Part shown: positions 18,711 through 28,147 of the stretch, one piece after another | Position numbering within the stretch: the stretch's first letter is position 1 | How the letters are laid out: each line of letters opens with the position of its first letter | From: Chloroflexota bacterium | GTDB taxonomy: Bacteria > Chloroflexota > UBA11872 > VXNJ01 | Assembly (NCBI GenBank): GCA_965208775.1 | Contig: OZ242360.1 | Location: forward strand, 126,085 to 190,084 | DNA length: 64,000 nucleotides | Reading direction: 5' to 3' | Translations under genes and position numbers: made by a program | Notes under the pieces: generated by a model | What the model was told of the DNA's origin: nothing | The model's input: the letters and a program-made list of their open reading frames with translations, nothing else | Database searches by the model: none

Positions 18711-19853
18711 TTGCGAAGTCGGGTATCAGCCGGATATTGCGGACGCGGTGAAGGAATTGCCTTGAATCGACTCAAAATCGGCGTGATCGGGTGCGGGGCC
18801 ATAGCCCAGATTCAGCACCTGCCGCATCTGCGCGAGCTTGACGACCAGTTCGAGATCGGCGGAATCTGCGACATCTCGGACTACCTCCTGGGTAAAGTCG
18901 GCGACGACTTCCACGTTCCCGCCGCCAGGCGATTCAGCGATTATCACGAGCTTCTGGCTAGCGACATCGACGGGGTGATCGTCTGCTCCTCCGGCAACCA
19001 CGTCGCGCCCACACTGGCGGCAATCGGGGCGGGCAAGCACGTGCTCGTCGAAAAGCCCGCGTGCACCACAGTCGACGAGGCCCGCGAGATGACGCGGACC
19101 GCCGAGGAGGCGGGCGTGGTTTTCATGGTGGCTTACATGAAGCGATACGACCCCGGATTCATTTTTGCCAAGCAACGGATCGCTCGCATGGGAGAAGTCA
19201 GCTTCGTGCAGGTCAATCACTTTCATCCCGACAACGAGCTGCATACCGCCGAGTTCAGGTTTCACAGGGCTATCGACATCCCTCCCGAAGCACGGGAAGC
19301 CGCCCTGGCCGAGGACAACGCCGAAGTTGACGCTGCTCTCGGATTGCAACCGGCCAGTCCTGATCAGCGAGGGGCGTTCAACCTGATACTCGGAAGCCTG
19401 ATTCACGACATCGGAAACCTCCACGGGCTGTTCGGACCGCCGGAACGCGTGCTGCATACGGAAATCTGGCTGGGCGGACGGGCCGTATCGACAATGCTGG
19501 AATACCCGGGCGGCATACGTGCCGTGATGAACTGGGTCGATCTGCCCGAATTGTGGGACTTCGAGGAGACGCTCGCCGTTTATGGAAGTCGCGAGCGTGT
19601 GACCGTATCCTTTCCTACCGGTTTCGCGCGAGGACTTACGACGGACGTCACAGTTGTCGAAATCGACGGTGAGTTGAATCCGTCGAGAAAGTTCGCGCAG
19701 TGGCACGAGAACGCGTTCAAGAACGAGCTGGCGCATTTCGGCGACTGCATCAGCAACGGCCGAGAGCCGACTACTCCCGGACGCGAAGTGATCGACGATA
19801 CGACTCTCGTTCGGGAGATCGTTCTGGCTTGGCAGGGTAATGGAGCAAACTGA
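18711..19853 (+). CDS. Gfo/Idh/MocA-family oxidoreductase. The exact start is uncertain.
   Basis: Rossmann motif LKIGVIGCGAIA is present. The stop overlaps the next start (TGATG). Confidence 0.75.
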   Translation: MRSRVSAGYCGRGEGIALNRLKIGVIGCGAIAQIQHLPHLRELDDQFEIGGICDISDYLLGKVGDDFHVPAARRFSDYHELLASDIDGVIVCSSGNHVAPTLAAIGAGKHVLVEKPACTTVDEAREMTRTAEEAGVVFMVAYMKRYDPGFIFAKQRIARMGEVSFVQVNHFHPDNELHTAEFRFHRAIDIPPEAREAALAEDNAEVDAALGLQPASPDQRGAFNLILGSLIHDIGNLHGLFGPPERVLHTEIWLGGRAVSTMLEYPGGIRAVMNWVDLPELWDFEETLAVYGSRERVTVSFPTGFARGLTTDVTVVEIDGELNPSRKFAQWHENAFKNELAHFGDCISNGREPTTPGREVIDDTTLVREIVLAWQGNGAN

Positions 19854-20503
19854 TGGGCTTCGAGGTTTTCGACTACCGAAACGATCTCAAGAACGTATTC
19901 ATATCGCCTGAGATCAGGTCGCGATTCGTCGCGATGGAGCCGGGCGAAGTCTCGCAGCGGCACAGCCACGATCTCGGGCAGGAGATATTTCTGGTCTTGC
20001 AGGGCAGAGCCGAGTTCGAAATAGAGGGGCATCGAGAAGTGCTCGGGGTGGGGCAGCTCTGCGTTGCCGAGATCGACGAACAGCACTCCATTACGTGCCT
20101 CGGTGACGAGCCGATGATCATGTACCTCTCGGTAACTCCGCACGTCGAACCCACCCACACCAGATGGGACGGGCAGGGAAACAAGCTCCAGCCCAGCTAC
20201 GGTCCTTCAACCCGGCAGGAGCGGTCCCAGCACGACCCCGCGGCCGGCTTGTCGGCGGAAGAGCTTGCGGACAAGCTGGTCTCGTCGGCGCGGAAACTCT
20301 CGCGTGGAGCCGAGGAGGCGGCGAAGGTCCTGACCAGGTCCACGCCGGAGGCGGTAACGTCTCTTGACGAACGAGATCGGGAGTCTGGAATAAAGTCGCT
20401 AAACGAAATGTGGGCGCATGTCTTCACGGTCCTTGACGACGTGAGCAAAACCGAGCTTGCCTGGAACCAGTTCTCGGCAAGAATCGACGAATCGCTTCAA
20501 TGA
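19853..20503 (+). CDS. Cupin-domain protein with a ~100-aa helical C-terminal extension.
   Basis: It has a cupin-2 core (HSHDLGQEIFLVLQGRAEFEI…). The start codon overlaps the upstream stop by 1 nt. Confidence 0.6.
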   Translation: MGFEVFDYRNDLKNVFISPEIRSRFVAMEPGEVSQRHSHDLGQEIFLVLQGRAEFEIEGHREVLGVGQLCVAEIDEQHSITCLGDEPMIMYLSVTPHVEPTHTRWDGQGNKLQPSYGPSTRQERSQHDPAAGLSAEELADKLVSSARKLSRGAEEAAKVLTRSTPEAVTSLDERDRESGIKSLNEMWAHVFTVLDDVSKTELAWNQFSARIDESLQ

Positions 20504-20560
20504 ACGCACTGTTCCCCCGGTCGAATCGCTCGCAGCCCGTCTCAGAGCGCGAGGCGTCTA

Positions 20561-22633
20561 GTGGACTCTGATTTCGCGGGAATCAGGGTCGGCGTAGACA
20601 CAGGCGGCACATTTACCGACCTGGTCGCGATGGACGTCCGAACGGGCCACGTTCAAGTCCACAAGCGGCCCTCCACTCCGGCCCAACCCAGCGACGCCAT
20701 CTTCGAGTGCATCGAGCAGATGGACAAGCCCGCGAGCCGTATCTCGTATCTCGTCGTCGGCACGACTGTAGCGATCAACTCAATCCACCAGCGGAACGGA
20801 GCGCGCGTGATCTACGTGACCACCGGGGGATTCGAAGACATCCCGTTCCTCCAAAGAACGAACCGAAGGTTCCATTACGACCTCCAATGGAGCAGCCCGA
20901 CTCCCCTGGTGCTTCGACGTGACAGCGTGGGGGTGCCCGAGCGGATCGACTATCAGGGCGAAGTGCTGATCCCGCTGACCGACGACGGGCTGAATCAGCT
21001 CGCCGCCGACATCCGGCGGCGGCTGGATGGCGCGGCGCGCGGCGACGTCGCTCTTGCGGTCAATTTCCTGTTTTCATACGTGAGTCCCGATCACGAGCTG
21101 AGGACAAGGGACTACCTGCGGAGCGAGTTCCCGGACGTTCCCGTGTCGGTGTCGTACGAAGTGGCGCCGATCTGGCGCGAATACGACCGCGCCAGCACAA
21201 CTCTGGTCGACGCTTACGTGAGACCCCTCGTGCACCAGTTCGTCCAGTCCATGCAGGCCGGTCTCGAGGAACGAGGGTTCGACCGCCACTGGTCGCTGAT
21301 GAAGTCCAACGGCGGGCAAATGCTCTCCCAATCGGCAGCCGACCGGCCTGTCCAAACGCTGCTTTCGGGTTTGTCGGGCGGCATTATCGCCGGAAGGCAT
21401 TTTGGCGAGGCGGTCGGCCAGAGCAACGTGATAACGCTCGACATGGGCGGCACCAGCACCGACGTGGGAGTCGTCGTCGACGGATTGGTTCGATATACGA
21501 CCGAATGGGAGATCGAGTTCGGACTGCCCGTCTCGGCCCCATTTATCGACATGACGACGATAGGCGCCGGCGGCGGTTCTATCGCATTCATAAACAAGGG
21601 CGGGCTGTTGCAGGTCGGCCCGTCCAGCGCGGGCGCCATCCCCGGCCCCGCCTGCTACGGCCAGGGCGGCGACCGCCCAACCGTTACCGATGCCAATATC
21701 GCCTTGGGCAGACTCAATCCCGACAACTTTCTGGGTGGCGAAGTAAAGCTGCATCCCGACCTGGCTGTGCGGGCGGTCGGGTCGCTCTCCGGGTCGCTGG
21801 GAACGTCGGTCGAAGCGACGGCCGCCGCCATCGTGGACGTCGCCAACGAGAACATCGCCGAGGCTATACGGCAGATGACGATAGGCCGGGGACTCGACCC
21901 GCGCGAATTCGCTATCGTCGCATTTGGCGGGGCGGGGCCGCTCCACGCGGCGGCCATCGCGCGGTCTATCGGAGTCGAGCAGGTCATTGTCCCTCCGCAT
22001 CCGGGACTGACCTCCGCTTTCGGAACCTTGCTCGCCGATCTTCGCGTCGACAAGACATGGACGAACATAGTCCGCTCCGACCGCCTCGATCCCAAAGCAA
22101 TCGACGACCGGCTTCAAGGTCTGGTTCTCGATGCGACCGAGGACCTTCGACGCGAAGGCTATGGGGGAGTGCCGACCCTCCGGCGCTCGGTAACAATGCG
22201 CTACCTTGGGCAGAACTACGAGGAAGAAATACCGATCCCGGCCGGCCCGATCACCGCCGAATCCGCGCGCGATCTGCTCGAATCGTTCCATCAGCACTAC
22301 GAGCAGATTTACGGCTACCGGATCGCCGACGAAATCATCGAGATGGTCCAGTTCAACGTGACTGTCATAGGCAGGACAGACAATCCGAGGTTCCCCGAAA
22401 TCGAGTCCGGGGCTGACGGCGCCCCAGTCGGGACAAGATCGGTCCTGTTCGATGGACAATACACTGCCGATTGTCCAATCTACGACCGTGAGGATTTAGC
22501 GCCCAATCAGAAAATCGAAGGTCCGGCGATAATCGAGGAACTTGATTCGACCACGTTCTTGCGGCCCGGCGATTCGCTAACCGTCACGCGCGACGGCACC
22601 GCGATTGTCCAAATTGATTCGACAGCCGATTGA
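20561..22633 (+). CDS. Hydantoinase/oxoprolinase A-family subunit (HyuA-like; acetone-carboxylase β-like).
   Basis: The N-terminal IRVGVDTGGTFTD motif and 690-aa length match the family. Confidence 0.85.
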   Translation: MDSDFAGIRVGVDTGGTFTDLVAMDVRTGHVQVHKRPSTPAQPSDAIFECIEQMDKPASRISYLVVGTTVAINSIHQRNGARVIYVTTGGFEDIPFLQRTNRRFHYDLQWSSPTPLVLRRDSVGVPERIDYQGEVLIPLTDDGLNQLAADIRRRLDGAARGDVALAVNFLFSYVSPDHELRTRDYLRSEFPDVPVSVSYEVAPIWREYDRASTTLVDAYVRPLVHQFVQSMQAGLEERGFDRHWSLMKSNGGQMLSQSAADRPVQTLLSGLSGGIIAGRHFGEAVGQSNVITLDMGGTSTDVGVVVDGLVRYTTEWEIEFGLPVSAPFIDMTTIGAGGGSIAFINKGGLLQVGPSSAGAIPGPACYGQGGDRPTVTDANIALGRLNPDNFLGGEVKLHPDLAVRAVGSLSGSLGTSVEATAAAIVDVANENIAEAIRQMTIGRGLDPREFAIVAFGGAGPLHAAAIARSIGVEQVIVPPHPGLTSAFGTLLADLRVDKTWTNIVRSDRLDPKAIDDRLQGLVLDATEDLRREGYGGVPTLRRSVTMRYLGQNYEEEIPIPAGPITAESARDLLESFHQHYEQIYGYRIADEIIEMVQFNVTVIGRTDNPRFPEIESGADGAPVGTRSVLFDGQYTADCPIYDREDLAPNQKIEGPAIIEELDSTTFLRPGDSLTVTRDGTAIVQIDSTAD

Positions 22634-22662
22634 GCCTGCGTGACGCCCGAACATGAGCCAGC

Positions 22663-24465
22663 ATGAAGACTAGCGGCGAAATGTCGGCAACCGATCTCGT
22701 ATCGATGACCGTCGTTTACAACCGTCTCGTCGGAATTGTCGAGGAGATGGGCACGACAATGATGCGCGCGTCGTACTCCCCGATCTTCAGCGAGAGCCTC
22801 GACTTCTCATGCGTGCTGTTCGGCCGAGACGCAAACATGCTCGCCCAGACCGAGTTCTCGCCAGCCCAAGTTGGAGCCATCAGGTTCGTCGTCAAGTGGC
22901 TTATTGCGGAAATTGGCGAAGATAACCTGAAGCCGGGCGACGTCGTCGTGCACAACGACCCTTACCGCGGCGGCGCGCACATGCCCGAGCACGTCGTTAT
23001 CAAGCCGGTCTACTACAAGGGCGAGTTGTTCGGTTACGTGGCCAACATCGCCCACATGGTCGAGATCGGGGGAATGGCAGTCGGCGGATTCGCCGCCACC
23101 GCGACCGAGGTCTATCAGGAGGGTCTGAGACTCCCGCCAGTCTGGCTGATGCGAGAAGGCGAGTACAACCACGATATATGGCGCATCGTCATGGCGAACC
23201 ATCGCGCGCCGCGGTACTCGTGGGGAGACCTGCATGCCATGCTCGCGTCGCTGGACATCGCCGAAAAGCGCGTCCACGAGCTGCTCGACGCCTACGGCAT
23301 GGAGCGGATTGCGACTATCAGCGCCCAGCTTCAGGACTACGCCGAGCGCTGGATGCGGGAAGAGCTGCGCACCATTCCCGACGGCGAGTACACCTTCGAA
23401 GACCACATGGAGGACGCCAGCGATCCGCCCATGAAAGATTGGGTGCGGCTGAGAGTGGTAGTCGACGACGGCAGCATCATCGCCGACTTCACCGGAAGCG
23501 ACCCGCAGGGACCTCACGTCCTTAACTGCACTTACGGGGTCACTGCCTCCGGCGTCTACAACGCCATATTCAATCTCGTCGACGACGACATTCCTCACAA
23601 CGAAGGTTCCTACCGCCCCATCACCGTCATCGCGCCCCCCGGAACCATCACCAACGTCATGGAGCCGGGACCGTCGGTCGGCGGGAATACCGAGACGCAT
23701 CCCCGGCTGTGGGAGATCGTCCTCGGCGCGATGTCGAAGGCCGTCCCGGACCGCGTTGCCGCAGCCACCGGCGGCACCTCGTGCAACTTCCTGTTCGGCG
23801 GCGTACATCCGCACACCGGCCGCTTTTACGCGCACTATCACTTCGACGGCGTTGGCTGGGGAGGACGGTCGCACGCGGACGGAAACGACAATCTGTGCGT
23901 TCCCAACGGCAATTGCCGCGCCACGCCGGTGGAGATATTCGAGACCCGTTATCCCTTCGTCGAGTGGTCGTACCGGCTGCGCAACGATTCTGGCGGCCCG
24001 GGCGAGCATCGCGGCGGATTGGGCAGCGAGCGCGTTCTGGAGGTCCGAGCGCCGGAGATTAACGTCTCGGCACTGTATGACAGGATGGTCAGTCCGCCGT
24101 GGGGGCTGTTCGGGGGCGGAGACGCGGCAACTTCATCGCTGCTCGTAAGACGCGTGGGCGACGACAAGTACAGGACATTCCGCGAGGCCTATGGCACCAA
24201 GAGTAACTCCCGCATCGCCAACATCAAGTTGAAGCGCGGCGACCGCGTGATGCTTTGCAGCTCCGGCGGAGGCGGATTCGGGCGTCCGACCGACCGTCCG
24301 GCCGAGCTGGTGCTCGAAGACGTTCTGGACGGATACGTGTCGGTCGAAGCGGCCCGCGATCTTTACGGAGTCGAAATCGAGAGTTCCAACGGCGAGACCG
24401 TGCTCAACGACGACAAAACCGAGGCGCACCGCACCGCATCGCGCCCGGAAGGTGGAGCTTCGTGA
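22663..24465 (+). CDS. Hydantoinase B/oxoprolinase-family subunit (HyuB-like; acetone-carboxylase α-like).
   Basis: The 600-aa ORF is HyuB-type (…RLPPVWLMREGEY…, DPYRGGAHMPE…) and lies immediately downstream of HyuA. Confidence 0.85.
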   Translation: MKTSGEMSATDLVSMTVVYNRLVGIVEEMGTTMMRASYSPIFSESLDFSCVLFGRDANMLAQTEFSPAQVGAIRFVVKWLIAEIGEDNLKPGDVVVHNDPYRGGAHMPEHVVIKPVYYKGELFGYVANIAHMVEIGGMAVGGFAATATEVYQEGLRLPPVWLMREGEYNHDIWRIVMANHRAPRYSWGDLHAMLASLDIAEKRVHELLDAYGMERIATISAQLQDYAERWMREELRTIPDGEYTFEDHMEDASDPPMKDWVRLRVVVDDGSIIADFTGSDPQGPHVLNCTYGVTASGVYNAIFNLVDDDIPHNEGSYRPITVIAPPGTITNVMEPGPSVGGNTETHPRLWEIVLGAMSKAVPDRVAAATGGTSCNFLFGGVHPHTGRFYAHYHFDGVGWGGRSHADGNDNLCVPNGNCRATPVEIFETRYPFVEWSYRLRNDSGGPGEHRGGLGSERVLEVRAPEINVSALYDRMVSPPWGLFGGGDAATSSLLVRRVGDDKYRTFREAYGTKSNSRIANIKLKRGDRVMLCSSGGGGFGRPTDRPAELVLEDVLDGYVSVEAARDLYGVEIESSNGETVLNDDKTEAHRTASRPEGGAS

Positions 24466-24475
24466 ACGGCAATTC

Positions 24476-24701
24476 GATGGAAGAGCGTGACGAGCGTCAG
24501 ACCCACGAGGGGCGCTGGGAACAGCTGAACCGAAGCTGGTGGGACACCAAGGTCGTCAACTGCGAGATGTGCGGCCAGATGATCCCTCGCGACGTGTGGA
24601 AAAGCGCCGACGGCCACTCGTTTTGCTCAGTCGAATGCGATGATCTCTACCGCTCCTATTGGCTGCCGCGCTACGGCGGGAAGACGACGACACACGACTA
24701 G
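24476..24701 (+). CDS. Small (~75-aa) putative Zn-ribbon protein, possibly a γ-like subunit of the hydantoinase/carboxylase.
   Basis: It has a C4 pattern CEMCGQ…CSVEC and starts 11 bp after the HyuB stop. The gene order A–B–small matches acetone carboxylase acxABC. The six-frame track shows a longer overlapping form. Confidence 0.45.
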
Positions 24702-24777
24702 CAGCGCAGTCCCTCGGGGCTTGTCGTAACCGGGGCGCACACGATGTTGGAGGGGAGGCCTCGCCACCAGGCACCGG

Positions 24778-26313
24778 CTATTGGCGCGAAGCGGAACTCA
24801 GCCTCGTCATCAGATAGAGCCTGCGACCGGAATTTGCGATTGGGACGGCTCGTTCAGTAGAGAAGTATCGGCCAAACGCCTTTTCGAAGCTCTCCCGGTT
24901 ATAGCCTGGAAAAGAGTGATTCCTCAGGGCCAGCAGACGCTCGACTTTGGGGTCATCACGTGGAACATACTCGATGATCAACGACTTGCCCAGCGATGCG
25001 AAGAACTCGGCGAGCCTGCTGAGGGGCACGTTGTTGGTTATGGCCAGATGATGGACCAGGGCCAGCGCGATTACCGCATCCGTCGGCCCTCGATCCAGGA
25101 GCGACATGCGCTCCGTATTGGCCCATCCACTGGCGGGGCTAGGATTCGAAACGTCGGCAACTATTGGATACACCGTGGCATCTCGACTGCGGGCGACCTC
25201 CCGATAGCTGATTTCGATGGCTCCCGGATCGCTATCGATCGATATCACGCGCACACCCTGTTCAGCCGCGATCCGGGTGAATTCACCGGTGTTGGCTCCG
25301 ATATCCCAAGCCTCCACGGGGCCAACGCTGCGAAGATACTCGGCTACCAGCCCCTTCTTGCTATCGAATCCGGCGTCGTCGTAGCTCTCGCCCTGGTAAT
25401 AGTCTGACCACTCGCTCACCTCGGGATCCCAGCCGAGACTACTCACTGTCGATCTCAGATTGTTCAGGATGGTAAGCAGCCCTTTACGGCTCATCCGTCC
25501 TCGAAAGTCCTTGCGCGTGCTTGCTTTGCCCGCCTGGCGGACCTGCAATTTGGCGTGTGAGAACAGATGCATCGCAAGGCCGGGCCGTAAGCGACTTCGC
25601 AGCGGCAACAGGCGAGCCGCCAGCGCCAGCGGTATTCCGTCAAGATGCACCTCAAGTAAGCGGCCCAGGCTTACGTCCCGAAGCGCCATCAGAGCCAAAG
25701 GCGCCAGGAAATGCTGGCAAAACTGCTTGTACGCCACCCACGGGAAACCCTCTTCGTATTCCTCGAACGATAAAGTGTCCACAAGCGCGGGGCGGCCGCC
25801 GTGGAGCTGAATGTTGTAGGCGCTGGCATCCTTGAGCGACATCCCGAACTCGACAGCCCGAATCTGGATATCCAGCGTGACCAGAGCCGAGTCTCTAAGC
25901 TGGCTGAAGCACCATTCATACGGGTAGGAGATGAACGGTACTTGAGCCGGCTTCAGAATCCTGTAAGCCTGCTCGTCCTCCAGCCCGGCGGGCACCTCCT
26001 CATGAGGCAGCAGCAATCCATCCCGCACAAGGCCGTCATAGAGGCCGGAAGCCATCAGACGGTCATAGACCGGCCCATATGACTTGGCGACGTGACGGAA
26101 GACGCACCCGTCCCGCCGGAAGACGAATCCCGCCGGATCGCGAAACGATCCGGCTATCGCTTCATCGATCCCTATCGTCACCCGGCCCATCCACGGCTCT
26201 GCGATCAGCCTCGGTCGATTCCACATCCTCAAGGCTGGACACGGTGCCTCCGTCACCAGACGAGCGCCGGAAGATCCCGAGAATCCTGCGGAACCACAGC
26301 CCCACCGAAACAA
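24778..26313 (-). CDS. Two-domain protein: an N-terminal ~330-aa domain with a protein-kinase-like catalytic-loop pattern, fused to a C-terminal class I SAM-dependent methyltransferase.
   Basis: The C-terminal region carries SAM motif I (WDIGANTGEFTRIAAEQGVRVISIDSD). The N-terminal region has DASAYNIQLHGGRPALVDTLSFEE, resembling the HxD…N / D(F/L)(G/S) motifs. The start is probably internal (~26229 or 26190). Confidence 0.6.
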   Translation of the reverse strand: MFRWGCGSAGFSGSSGARLVTEAPCPALRMWNRPRLIAEPWMGRVTIGIDEAIAGSFRDPAGFVFRRDGCVFRHVAKSYGPVYDRLMASGLYDGLVRDGLLLPHEEVPAGLEDEQAYRILKPAQVPFISYPYEWCFSQLRDSALVTLDIQIRAVEFGMSLKDASAYNIQLHGGRPALVDTLSFEEYEEGFPWVAYKQFCQHFLAPLALMALRDVSLGRLLEVHLDGIPLALAARLLPLRSRLRPGLAMHLFSHAKLQVRQAGKASTRKDFRGRMSRKGLLTILNNLRSTVSSLGWDPEVSEWSDYYQGESYDDAGFDSKKGLVAEYLRSVGPVEAWDIGANTGEFTRIAAEQGVRVISIDSDPGAIEISYREVARSRDATVYPIVADVSNPSPASGWANTERMSLLDRGPTDAVIALALVHHLAITNNVPLSRLAEFFASLGKSLIIEYVPRDDPKVERLLALRNHSFPGYNRESFEKAFGRYFSTERAVPIANSGRRLYLMTRLSSASRQ

Positions 26314-26701
26314 CTCCGCCCAGCACCGCTGCGATCAGGATCTGTATCAGAAAGCTGCCGCTTCCGGGATCGAGATAAGGCAGAAATAGCAGCCTAACGA
26401 CGCTCAGGCTCGAGATCGAATTTCTACCCCCACCGCGAGCGTAATTCGACACATCACTCGCTGTCCCGGACCTGTTTCTAACCATCCAATACTCCCGCGA
26501 AGAGCGCTTTCTCACACCATTATGCATTTTGACGCGTAACGACGGTAAATGACCGCTTTCAGTCGGCCTTGGTAGGAAGCACAACGACGCAACTTCAATG
26601 GCGAAACACTGGTGGAAGTAAAATCCACCGACTTTATACATGGATTTCAGACAAGCGCCCCACCGGAAGCCAGAGTGGTAGATCGATGACACATCAGCTT
26701 C

Positions 26702-28147
26702 TTGCTTAGATCTCGCTTGCGGCTGATACCGGCTGTTCTCGTTCTGGTAAGTATTGGGCTGCTGGCGAGCCTGCTGCCCCAAACAAGCTTCGTTTCGCGG
26801 TCTTCGGGTGGGGTTGTCGACCTCACGGATCCCATCTGGCCCGACCAAACAGTCGAGCAAGTCCTGGACAATGCCGACATCGTTTCGGAAGTCCGTATTT
26901 GGGCCCGCGCCCGCTTTGATCGCGGCGAGGCGCCGGTCGTCGCCTCGTTGCTGCGCGGACAGGATGAACAGCCTGTGCGTCAGGTCAAAGTGTCAATTCG
27001 GGCGAGCAAGCAATTGGATGCGTATGTTCTCGTTTTCCCGCCCTACCGGCCTGGCCCCGGCGAAGAACTCACGTTGCAGCTCTGGGTCTCAACGGAGCGC
27101 GGAGCGGAACGGAAGCTGGACTACAACGTAATGTTCGGGACCAGCGAGCCGGGAACTGGCGCGTCTGTGACCATACATCGTCAGCCGACGGAGTACGGCC
27201 CGCTCGCGCATGAGTTCGTCTGGAAGGGCACGGGTTGGCAGGCCGCTCTCGAGGGATCGACGCCGGACCTTGTGCGCCTGGTCGGCGCATTAGCGGCAGC
27301 CGCCTTAGCCGTTGCCGTAACAATACTGTCGCATCCTCTGGTGTTCCGACCTCTGCGCAACACCGCGCGGAGGATGCGACTTGGGTTTGTGTCCCTGGCC
27401 GGCCGGGTTCGGGCGGTCCTGCGACTACCGCAGGGCCACCGTGTGGCTCAAGCATCGTCTGTTCGCACTTCAACCGCGCGGCGCGCCATCTACGTGTTTC
27501 CGTGGCTAATACCCGCCTTCGCGATATTGCACTATCTCTCCAGCAACCTGTTCTTGTTTCGCGTCTCCGAGTCGATCGCCGTCTTCGTGGTCACCATGGT
27601 GGCCGTCACGGTCACGTTCACGGTATTGCGGCTCATCTTCAAGACGGCCGCAGTGGCGGCGGCGCTTACGGGTCTGCTCGGAATCGCGTTCTTCTCATAC
27701 GGTCACATATACGTCGCGCTGGGCGATCACGCCGATGACAGGTATCTTCTTGGATTAGGCGTACCGACCGTTCTCGGTCTCGGGGCGCTCCTAACTCGAC
27801 ATCCCGGCCTCACGCGCAAGCTGGGTCTGACGCTCAACCTGGGCAGCGTTTTGCTTGTTCTCCTGCCCATTTACCAGATCGCCACCGATTTCTATGCAGG
27901 CAGCCGACCGCAAGACGTTGACCCTTTCGACGGATTCCCGGGACTCGAGGAACGGCTAGCCGAAGCCAGGGACAGACTCTCAAGAGATCAACTTAGAGAC
28001 ATCTATTACGTCATCCTGGATGAATATCCCAGGAGCGGTTCGCCTCCGGAGTTCGACAACAGCGAATTCGTGCAGCAACTCGAAAACCGCGGCTTCTACG
28101 TGGCCCCACAAGCTCGCAGTAACTACACGCGCACGTACCAGTCGATT
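26702..28147. repeat. Inverted-repeat arm B (~1.45 kb), partner of 14240..15685.
   Basis: See arm A. Identity ends close to the start codons on both arms, and the upstream regions differ. Confidence 0.8.

Noticed and set aside
24255-24701. 148-aa form of the small ORF after HyuB.
   Set aside because: The N-terminal 70 residues overlap the HyuB 3′ end out of frame and are Arg-rich. I kept only the short zinc-ribbon part (24476..24701) as plausible.
24700-24780. Possible intrinsic terminator between the convergent Zn-ribbon and methyltransferase genes.
   Set aside because: The GC-rich segment (cctcggggcttgtcgtaaccgggg) does not form a clean stem-loop followed by a T-tract on inspection, so I did not call it.
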